Shown in pieces: positions 56,357 to 64,000 of a DNA stretch of 64,000 nucleotides. The notes under the pieces are model-generated. The model was not told the DNA's origin, ran no database searches, and worked only from the letters and a program-made list of their open reading frames with translations. Position 1 is the first letter of the stretch, and the number at the start of each line of letters is the position of its first letter. The translations under genes and the position numbers were made by a program. The stretch comes from a virus. The stretch lies in the IMG/VR virus record IMGVR_UViG_3300032315_000774, positions 32,001 through 96,000 of that record. One strand, written 5' to 3'.

Positions 56357-56982
56357 CAGCGCGCCTGTTGAAGAAGTGTGAGCAGCTGGTCGACTTGGCT
56401 CGCTTCAGTTTCAGGTGCCACGACGAACGAGAAGGAGTACCGAGCCCGACTCGCGTCCTGTGCGTCTTCTGAGAACTCCATGACTGCTTCGTAGTGTCCT
56501 TGTACGCGGATCATAGAAGGGACTGTCAGTGACGTGAACTGGATGTACTGCCAGTTGAACGTGCCGTCAGGCAAACGCACAGGTTCACGCGTGAGCTGAT
56601 ACAAGTTCGTCCACAGCAACAGGCGCGCGTAGTTGTCGGGCGGCATCAACGGCTCGCTGGCCTGTACAGCAGGCGGACGGTCGAAGCCCAGGATCATCTC
56701 GCTGATCTTGCGCGAGATGTTGCCGGTCGACCCTTCGAAGCGCAGCGTGAGGATGTCTTGGTTGCGTCCTGCGCTGTCGGTCCAGTGAAAGAACTTCGCG
56801 CCTCCGCGTGTGTATACGGTCGTGATACGCTTCGGCTGTTGCCAGCTTACAGACCTCGGGTTCAACGACATCGAGACGACGGGCAGCAACGTCACGCCAG
56901 GCGTAGCGCCTGGATAGACGACAGGCAGAAGACTTGGCGTCTCGCGCAGCGTCGACGAGAACATGCACGGGATGCGGTCCAT
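56356..56982 (-). CDS. tail tube initiator-like protein
   Basis: LNP......K......TRGG...W, YSFSFVV; follows the tape measure. Confidence 0.55.
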   Translation of the reverse strand: MDRIPCMFSSTLRETPSLLPVVYPGATPGVTLLPVVSMSLNPRSVSWQQPKRITTVYTRGGAKFFHWTDSAGRNQDILTLRFEGSTGNISRKISEMILGFDRPPAVQASEPLMPPDNYARLLLWTNLYQLTREPVRLPDGTFNWQYIQFTSLTVPSMIRVQGHYEAVMEFSEDAQDASRARYSFSFVVAPETEASQVDQLLTLLQQAR

Positions 56983-58997
56983 CAGTTACCTCGCGTAGCA
57001 GGCGCCTTCGAGCCACTCGGAGACTTCGACACAGGCACAATCTCCACCTTGATGCCGAAAGCTGTACCTTCGTCGTCGACCACTTCGTACATCTGGCCCC
57101 ACGGTCCGGAGACCTGCTGACCGCGAAGTGCTTGTTTGATCTTACCTGTGTCGGTCACACCTTGCGAAAGTTGCCGCTCAATGAGCTGCTTGATCGAATC
57201 TTCTACTCCTCTTTGGTTGAACTCGCGCGAGCGCTGCGCGACCAGCGCTCGGTACACTTCGTCCGTGTGAGGTGTGCTGCTAGGATCTGCGACGTCATCC
57301 ATGAGCCCAGAGAACGGTTTGAGCGTGTCGCTTCCAAAGTTCGCAAGGCTCCTGCCAAGTTCGTCAACGCTTTTGATCCTCTTCATCGCGCGTTGTCCCG
57401 CGCGTTCTCGTGTCGCAGCGTTGGTCGAGAAAAGATCAGGAAGATCGACGAGAGTTCGGAAGCCGTCGACCATGACCTTGAGCGTCAGCGCGCCGATCTT
57501 CACGATGTCCTGTTGCAGGTTTAGCATCGCGCGCTCGTACTTGCCCGTCTCGTCTGCGCGACGCTCGGATGCAGTCTGGAAGTCGAGCAGCGCCTTGCCT
57601 GAGACGTCCGTGCGCCCAGACATGAAGTCCCGATCGCGCATCAGCTTGACCGCTTGCCCTGATCCTTCGAGACCGAAACCAAGCGTTGACTCCAAGAACT
57701 TGCGAATGCGGCTCTCGTCTCCGCCGATGCGTGTCTGTGCGTCGTTCAAGATCTGGCGGAGGTTGGTGCTGAAGTTCTTGCCGTCGCGTGTGTTGAGACC
57801 GTCGCGCATCATGTATGCAGCGGCCAGCGGGTCCATGTTCGGATTCAGCTGACGCCCCAACACGCTGGCGTAGCCTTCGGGGAGGTTCGCGAGGCCACCT
57901 GCGATGCCTGCCATACCACGCAGCGCGAGCTGCGAGTTGGCTTCCGTCGAACCGCCACGTTCGCGCTGGTTGACGTCACGAAGACGCTCGTACACAGCGG
58001 TCAAGTCTTCGACGCTCTGACGCTGGATCTTCATCGTTGACGTCATCGACATCAGCGACCCCATCGTCGCGACTGTGTTGACGCCTGTGCCTTCGAGTGC
58101 ACGTGCGACTTTGTAGACACTGTTCGCTGCAGAGTCTGCAGCACGACCTGTTGTCGCGAACTCCTGTGCGATGAGGTCGCCGAACTGACCGGAACCCGCC
58201 TTGAAGTACGTGTCGAGCGCGACGCCCATGTCGGCGACGTTGGCGCCAGGCATCATCGTTGCGAGACCTGCACCTTCACCACTGATGCCGACCTTGGCCA
58301 ACGCAGAAAACGTCGGCACCAGCTCGCGAATCGCTGTAGGCACATCGACGCCCCATGTTCGCGCGAGGTTCTGCCCGCGCGCGTTCACGCGGTCGATGGT
58401 GGCTTGGCTCGTCTGCGCGACAGCATCGAACGTACGTGCAGCTTCGAACGCACGCGCGCGCCATGTCTCTTCGCCGCCCACGCCGTGCAGGAACAAGCCC
58501 AGCAACCCGCCTGCAGGAAGCACGCTGGTCAGCGAAGACGCTTGGCGTGCGAGGAACGCGCCCACGCCTTGATTGCCTGTAAGGCCAAGGACGTCGTTGC
58601 CGAGGAAGCGCTGCTTGGTGGTGTCGGTCAGGACACCGCCTTCGACATACGCGTCTCGGATGCCGCGCTTGATCGACGCGATACGCGCATCGAGCTTGGT
58701 GAAGTGAAGACCCATCGTGTCGAAGGTCTTCGAGACTTGACTGAGGTAGCGGTCGAGGTCCGTCAGAATCGGACCTGATGAGCGAAGCTCTCGGTTCAGG
58801 TCGACGGCTGTCTTGACGATAGCTCGTCCTTTGCTCGCCGCACGATCGAACTTCTGATCCATGTCCGTCACGCGGCGCGCGACGTCTGTCGCTCCCGCCA
58901 CGAACTTCGCACGCAACGCGTCGACGTTCTCAGCCATCATCTTGACGGCTTCGACCGCTTCCCGGATCTCGTCCGGTCGGATCATCTCATTCGCCAT
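56982..58997 (-). CDS. tape measure protein
   Basis: Long Ala/Gly-rich helical ORF downstream of the chaperone pair. Confidence 0.7.
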   Translation of the reverse strand: MANEMIRPDEIREAVEAVKMMAENVDALRAKFVAGATDVARRVTDMDQKFDRAASKGRAIVKTAVDLNRELRSSGPILTDLDRYLSQVSKTFDTMGLHFTKLDARIASIKRGIRDAYVEGGVLTDTTKQRFLGNDVLGLTGNQGVGAFLARQASSLTSVLPAGGLLGLFLHGVGGEETWRARAFEAARTFDAVAQTSQATIDRVNARGQNLARTWGVDVPTAIRELVPTFSALAKVGISGEGAGLATMMPGANVADMGVALDTYFKAGSGQFGDLIAQEFATTGRAADSAANSVYKVARALEGTGVNTVATMGSLMSMTSTMKIQRQSVEDLTAVYERLRDVNQRERGGSTEANSQLALRGMAGIAGGLANLPEGYASVLGRQLNPNMDPLAAAYMMRDGLNTRDGKNFSTNLRQILNDAQTRIGGDESRIRKFLESTLGFGLEGSGQAVKLMRDRDFMSGRTDVSGKALLDFQTASERRADETGKYERAMLNLQQDIVKIGALTLKVMVDGFRTLVDLPDLFSTNAATRERAGQRAMKRIKSVDELGRSLANFGSDTLKPFSGLMDDVADPSSTPHTDEVYRALVAQRSREFNQRGVEDSIKQLIERQLSQGVTDTGKIKQALRGQQVSGPWGQMYEVVDDEGTAFGIKVEIVPVSKSPSGSKAPATRGN

Positions 58998-59460
58998 CGA
59001 GCTTGACCTCTCGGACCGGGAAAAGCGCAAGCGCCTCTTCGTGCTTGCGCTGAGCTTCGGTGATCAAGGGCTGCATGTCGTCGCGATCGTCGTCGCTCGC
59101 GAGTTCTGCGCCTTCCGCCAACATCTTCGACATCTTCTCGAAGCTGTCTTCCTCTTCGATCGACCTCGCGACGACTGCCGTGTCGTTCCAGCGCTGCATG
59201 AGCTTCAACGTCTCGGGTTGCGCGAGCAAGATGCTCAGCGGAACGAACGGCACGTTGTCATCCGGACGGATGTTGAGCCCAAGGACTTTGATCAGCGTCT
59301 GCTCTAGCGTCTTCTGATCTTGTTCTTCGCGCATGCGCAGCGCGTGGTACTCGACATGCCACTGCTCTTCGGTCATGCGCCGAGCACTGGGGTCTGACAT
59401 GAGCACGCCCTTTCGAGCGAGGACATACGCGACGACGCCCCAGTGATCGTCGCTCGTCAA
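58987..59460 (-). CDS. tail assembly chaperone, second ORF (T-like)
   Basis: In the -1 frame relative to the upstream ORF; only a TTG start at the overlap. Confidence 0.55.
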   Translation of the reverse strand: MTSDDHWGVVAYVLARKGVLMSDPSARRMTEEQWHVEYHALRMREEQDQKTLEQTLIKVLGLNIRPDDNVPFVPLSILLAQPETLKLMQRWNDTAVVARSIEEEDSFEKMSKMLAEGAELASDDDRDDMQPLITEAQRKHEEALALFPVREVKLDGE

Positions 59461-59897
59461 AAAGACTTGATGTCTCTGAGCGCGACCTTCTTCTCGTTCA
59501 CGAGCGCCTTGTAGCTCTCGTACATCGCCGTCACGACTTCCGTGTCCTGTTCACCGAGCCACACGAACAGCTCGCGACGCGCCCAGCGCTCACGCGTCTT
59601 CGAGTCCGAGAGTGCGGTCGCCTCCATCGAGTTGGTGTCCGACGGCTCGAACAGCTCTGTCACCTTCTTCTCGTCCATCTCGACGATCGACATCGCCAAG
59701 CGCCCGCGCACCAGACGCTCGCTTGACTCCATCATCGACTCGGCGACGCCGACCATCGCGTTCGCTTCGTCTTCGTCAGCTTGGCTTAGCGTACGAAGAA
59801 GGATCTTCATCCCGAAGATCGTGCTCTCTCGCGTGAGAGCACCTGCGCTCATGACCTTCGAAAACTGCTTCAGTCTGTCGTGGACGATCGTCTTCAT
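59457..59897 (-). CDS. tail assembly chaperone (G-like)
   Basis: LRTLS..DE pattern; between tube and tape measure. Confidence 0.65.
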   Translation of the reverse strand: MKTIVHDRLKQFSKVMSAGALTRESTIFGMKILLRTLSQADEDEANAMVGVAESMMESSERLVRGRLAMSIVEMDEKKVTELFEPSDTNSMEATALSDSKTRERWARRELFVWLGEQDTEVVTAMYESYKALVNEKKVALRDIKSF

Positions 59898-60475
59898 AGT
59901 TCGATCCTGTCTGTATACCGAATCGATACCTCTGCGCTAGACACACGGTCGGTCACCGACAACGAGCGGTTGATGCTCGTGATCCAGCACCCCGTGTACA
60001 TGTACCGCTTCGGCTGATTTCCTAGCGATTCGAGCGAAGTCAACACGTCCGTTGGCGACGGCAGACGAGCAGGCGCGCGACCTGTAACTGTGTCACCCAG
60101 CGACACGCCGACGACCGAAGCTCCGAACAGGTTCGCCAGAGCTTGTGGTGGAATCCAGAACTCCTGAAGGGAGAACGGGATGCGCTGATCGCTGAGCTGC
60201 ACGATCGAATCGGTGCCGAGAACTTCTTCCGCGATGCTGCGCCACAGGTCGAAGCGTCCGAGACGAAGCTCTCGGCCTGTCGTGTTGCCTGGGACGATGT
60301 GATTCGGCATGCCCTGCGCGCCTGCGAGTTCGAACTCGTCGGAGACGTCCATGCTCTGCGAGGGTGCGAACGAGAAGGCCGCGCCTACTGTCCGACCGCG
60401 CGCTCGGATGCGAAGCCCGAAGGTGGTGCGGACTTTTGTAGCAGGCGGCCCGAAGTTCAGGCCGATGCTTGTCAT
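59894..60475 (-). CDS. second tail tube-like protein
   Basis: Paralogue of 60475-60960 (VP.N, RF/YDL, Y.GCW.T). Confidence 0.65.
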   Translation of the reverse strand: MTSIGLNFGPPATKVRTTFGLRIRARGRTVGAAFSFAPSQSMDVSDEFELAGAQGMPNHIVPGNTTGRELRLGRFDLWRSIAEEVLGTDSIVQLSDQRIPFSLQEFWIPPQALANLFGASVVGVSLGDTVTGRAPARLPSPTDVLTSLESLGNQPKRYMYTGCWITSINRSLSVTDRVSSAEVSIRYTDRIEL

Positions 60476-60960
60476 CAGCCACTGACCTCTTCGACGTACA
60501 GGTACATGAGCGTCGCGCTGGTCATCACTGTGCGGTTCTGATCAGCGGAGAAGGTCTGTCCCATCTGCGTGAACCAGCATCCCTTGTAGACGCGCCTGTA
60601 GTTGTTCTGACCGTCTGGCGACTTCCACACTTCTTCTACGTCGAAGGGCTCGTTCTGGTTGCAGAGCATGGTGAGGTCTGCTGTCCCGAACGCGGTCTTC
60701 ATGCGATTGGTGTAGAGATCGTACCGCGTGATCTGAACCTGTTGACCGCTCTGGTTTTGCGGCACGAGGTCGAAGGGGGCGCCGTTGCCTCCTTGACCGC
60801 CTGTCGACTCGCCAGGACCGCCTTGGAACTCGTACACGAACTGCGCATCGCGGCTCTGTGTCGGGTTCCAGCCGTTGATCGCACCGATGACCGCTCCGTT
60901 GCGACGGATGGTCAGCGCATGCGAGGTTTGGACTTTGGTGACGGGAGGTGTGAGTGCCAT
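60475..60960 (-). CDS. tail tube protein
   Basis: Directly after the sheath; IGAI, RYDLY, PFD, YKGCWF. Confidence 0.75.
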   Translation of the reverse strand: MALTPPVTKVQTSHALTIRRNGAVIGAINGWNPTQSRDAQFVYEFQGGPGESTGGQGGNGAPFDLVPQNQSGQQVQITRYDLYTNRMKTAFGTADLTMLCNQNEPFDVEEVWKSPDGQNNYRRVYKGCWFTQMGQTFSADQNRTVMTSATLMYLYVEEVSG

Positions 60961-60968
60961 GTGTCAGA

Positions 60969-63932
60969 TCACCCCTGGAAGAACGGGTTGTCGACCGAGT
61001 ACCGCCCGGAGAGGCGCAGCGCTGGGTATCGGAGGTTGTACCAGTAGTCGAAGAGGAACTGCGTCGGGTCGTTCGGGTCGCGCGACGTCTGAATGTCTTC
61101 GCTGATGTTCAGCGCGCGTGTGACGCCGTTGCGGTCCGTGTACGGTCCGATCGTGCCGCTGGAGATCTCCGCGTTCAGCACGCTCGCGATGACGATCTTG
61201 ATGTCGAGCAGGAAGTCTGCAGGCGACACCGGTACGATACCGACGAGCGATGCATCGAGCGCTAGCTCGACCTTGCGCGTGATGTTGTCCTTCTGCGTGC
61301 TCGTCGACTCGTACTTGAACGCGGGTGCACCTGCGCCACCTGCCTCTGTCGTCACTGGATCGAGCACGCGGAACAGGCCCGCGTCGAACGACGTCACGAA
61401 CGTGCCCTGCGACGCCAAGAGGTTGCTCTCGGTCTGCGTCCAGACCAAGGCGTCGTTGATGTCGTCGAGGTTGAAGCCTGCGACCGTACGTCGCGCGAGC
61501 GACAACGCTGGGTTCGTCAGCGACGAGCGCAGCGCAGCCCACGCCACGGCGAGGTACGTGCTGTCGAGGTTGACGGGGATCGACTCGCCCGACACCCCAT
61601 CCACGTAGCTGTAGCTCACGCCTGTCAGCTGTGGAGGCGCGACCAAGATCGCGCGCCCGCGTGCAGGGCTTGTCGGCGCGAACGCCAACGTACGCGTCGC
61701 CATGTACACGTACGAGCCTGCATCGTCGCGGCTGCCGACGGGTGTCGAGCGCGCCATGCCGAACCAGCCGCGACGGTAGCGCTTCGTGGTCGAGCTGTTC
61801 GCCGTCTCCAGAAGCGCGCGGAAGTCCGTCTGAACCGCGAGCGATGTCGACAGCACGACGAGGTCTGTGATGACGTCCGTCTTCAGCGTGGCGTTCATCG
61901 CCGCTGCGAACTCGGCACGCGTCGGTGACCCAGGCAGCGAGGTGTCGTCGACCTGCACGACCACCACCGAAGGCGGGCGCTGCAGGAAGGCAATCTCCAC
62001 CGCCAGCATCAGCGTGTTCGACGCGGACGTCGGGCCGAGGTCTGCGCGCGCAGCTTCGACCGAGAAGAAGCGCTTCTGCGCGTTGTACTCGTTCGCTGGG
62101 CGCGTGATCGTGAACGTCGCGTAGTAGACGCTCGCCACCGTCGGACGACGCCCTGCACCTGTCACCGTCAGCGGAAGCACCAGCGCTCCGAACAGCGCAG
62201 TCGCCGTCGCCGAAGCGCTCACGGTGATCGATGCGCTCTCGCCTTCCGTTGGCGACGTTAGCACGATCTGGTTGACGCCCGACGGCACGCTGGCCACCGC
62301 ACGGAACGACGGACCGAGCTGCGCTGCGAGCACCGCGTTGATGTTCGCGACGATGTCTGCGAGCGATGCCGTCGCAGGCGTGAACGTGCGGTAGTTCAGC
62401 GGAGGGCTCGCGAGCGCTGACACCTGCACGCTGACCGTCGTGCCGTTGATCGTCATCGAGAACGTGTTGTTCACGCTGACGTCCACCGTGCTCGATCCAA
62501 GCACCGCACCTGCGAACACAGCGGGCGTGTCGGGCGGTGCTGATGGACCGCCCCACGCGATCGAGTTGCCGCTGAGCAAGCAGTCGACGCCGACCGTGAA
62601 GTTGTCCGCGCTCGGCTGGCTCCCGACGCTCGACAGCTCGGTCACGCCCGTGAAGCCTGTCGCGTCGCTGTCCGTCGAGACCGACACGTACGACGCGAGG
62701 TAGACAGCGGTCGTCGAGTACACAGAGCGCGCGACCTGGATGACCGTGCGAGCCAGACGGTTGTCTGCGCCCGCTGCACCGAGCAAGAGCACGGCACCGT
62801 CGTTCGCGATGGCTGTTCCCACCTCGATGTCGCTCGTCGGTGTCGTCGACGGCGAGCGGAGGATGAGACCCGCTGTCGCTGCGTACGCGAAGGCGCTGTA
62901 CGCAGCGCCGAAGCCGAGGCTGCTTGCGCCTGCCAGCGCTGTGTTGATCGCGGTCGCGATTTCACCTCGCGTCGCAGCGGTCGGCGTGCCGTACGTCGTC
63001 GCCACGCGGATCTCGCGACCCAAGATCTGCACCGTACCTGCCGCGACGCCGGTCCCGCTCGTGTGCTGCAGACGCAGCGTCACGGGCGCGATGCCGTCGA
63101 TCGTGAGCGCCAGAGCTGTGCCGTTCACGCTGTACGTGAAGCCTGCACCCGCGTCCGCTGCGCCTGCCGCGTTCACGTACGTCAACGTGGTCGCGCTCGG
63201 CACGCTCGTAATGCGGAACGTGCCGTTGTTCCCAGGCGTCGCCGAACCGGAGACGACGACGAGCGCGCCGACGAGTGCCGCCGTGAACGATGCACCGGCA
63301 TCGGTCAGCGTCTGAACTTGCGAAACAGGCGCAGACACCGAGCCTGCACCCGCGCCCGACTCGACGGCCAGCTGCAAGTTGTAGGGTCCTGCTGCGTTGC
63401 CGATGATGATGCCTGGCACGTAGCGCAGGTACTGGTCAGGAATCGGGGCTCCGTTGCGCAGGTAGTCGCTGTCCTGCAAGCGACGGTTGCCTCGGTTCAC
63501 GAGCACGGCGTTCGGCACGACCTGCCAGGTGAACGCGCTGGTCTCCGTCACGCCTGCTGCGTTCGCGAAGATCACGCTGGTGGCGCTGACGACCTCGACG
63601 ATCGTGAACGTGCCGTTGTTCGCGGGGTTGGTCGCGCCGCTGATGGAGATCTGCGCGCCGACTCGCGTCGCTCCGAACACAGCGCCCGCATCGAGCAGCG
63701 TCACGAGGCCGCCCGCGAACGTGAGCGAGTCGCCTGTGCCTGTCGGAGCCACCAGCGTCAGCGTCTCGTCTTCCACGAGCCCACGTTGCAGCTGCAGGTT
63801 GGTGACCGTTCGTGTCCGGTCCGCCACACCGATGACGCCGATCTGCAGCGGCACGCCCGTGACGCCAGCGGCGTTCGGGACGACGACTTCCTCGATCGTG
63901 ACTCCAGGCGGCGTGTATCCGGTCATGCTCAA
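60969..63932 (-). CDS. contractile tail sheath protein with inserted domains
   Basis: YTPPGVTIEE N-terminus; C-terminal DPNDPTQ...Y...YP. Confidence 0.85.
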   Translation of the reverse strand: MSMTGYTPPGVTIEEVVVPNAAGVTGVPLQIGVIGVADRTRTVTNLQLQRGLVEDETLTLVAPTGTGDSLTFAGGLVTLLDAGAVFGATRVGAQISISGATNPANNGTFTIVEVVSATSVIFANAAGVTETSAFTWQVVPNAVLVNRGNRRLQDSDYLRNGAPIPDQYLRYVPGIIIGNAAGPYNLQLAVESGAGAGSVSAPVSQVQTLTDAGASFTAALVGALVVVSGSATPGNNGTFRITSVPSATTLTYVNAAGAADAGAGFTYSVNGTALALTIDGIAPVTLRLQHTSGTGVAAGTVQILGREIRVATTYGTPTAATRGEIATAINTALAGASSLGFGAAYSAFAYAATAGLILRSPSTTPTSDIEVGTAIANDGAVLLLGAAGADNRLARTVIQVARSVYSTTAVYLASYVSVSTDSDATGFTGVTELSSVGSQPSADNFTVGVDCLLSGNSIAWGGPSAPPDTPAVFAGAVLGSSTVDVSVNNTFSMTINGTTVSVQVSALASPPLNYRTFTPATASLADIVANINAVLAAQLGPSFRAVASVPSGVNQIVLTSPTEGESASITVSASATATALFGALVLPLTVTGAGRRPTVASVYYATFTITRPANEYNAQKRFFSVEAARADLGPTSASNTLMLAVEIAFLQRPPSVVVVQVDDTSLPGSPTRAEFAAAMNATLKTDVITDLVVLSTSLAVQTDFRALLETANSSTTKRYRRGWFGMARSTPVGSRDDAGSYVYMATRTLAFAPTSPARGRAILVAPPQLTGVSYSYVDGVSGESIPVNLDSTYLAVAWAALRSSLTNPALSLARRTVAGFNLDDINDALVWTQTESNLLASQGTFVTSFDAGLFRVLDPVTTEAGGAGAPAFKYESTSTQKDNITRKVELALDASLVGIVPVSPADFLLDIKIVIASVLNAEISSGTIGPYTDRNGVTRALNISEDIQTSRDPNDPTQFLFDYWYNLRYPALRLSGRYSVDNPFFQG

Positions 63933-64000
63933 GACTCACAAGCCAGGCCAGTTGTCAGTGTCGTTAGGAAGGACGCGGAAGCGGTGAGCGGTTCGCGAAT

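Noticed and set aside
1-64000. Genome-wide UGA recoding
   Set aside because: TGA is used as a normal stop in many coupled ATGA/GTGA overlaps; I noticed only one in-frame case

Overview
GC-rich fragment of a large contractile-tailed (myovirus-like) phage genome. No capsid, terminase or integrase gene is in view. Layout: (1) 1-21 kb holds small early/accessory genes, including ArdC, dNMP kinase, a PARG-like macrodomain, ParB-like, HNH, Tad1 and HD proteins. Eight of these genes are preceded by a conserved 18-bp sigma54-like box, and there is an AT-rich iteron-like region at about 1.0-1.3 kb. (2) 21-29.3 kb is an unusual minus-strand module: large vWA (possibly Ro/TROVE-like) protein, Fis-HTH, E2-like gene interrupted by an in-frame TGA, JAB, ubiquitin-like protein with an acidic tail, MazG and E1/ThiF. 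It is followed by five tRNA-mimic RNAs around a conserved 253-aa gene: two tRNAs with a shared 51-nt insert, one tRNA embedded in a leader, and two circularly permuted YrlA/Y-RNA-like modules. (3) 30.8-33.5 kb is a cluster of 25 tRNAs containing a hammerhead ribozyme, a tRNA scaffold with a ~130-nt insert and other structured RNAs; two more tRNAs lie at 12.4 kb, so all 20 amino acids are covered. (4) 33.6-41 kb encodes esterase, nucleotidase, sigma-like, WYL and endolysin proteins. (5) 41-64 kb is the tail module: fibre, baseplate, tape measure, chaperones, two tube-like genes and sheath. The best candidate for a new system is the ubiquitin-like conjugation + vWA/Ro-like + tRNA-mimic RNA locus. 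All protein calls are by motif recognition and all RNA folds by eye; no searches were run.
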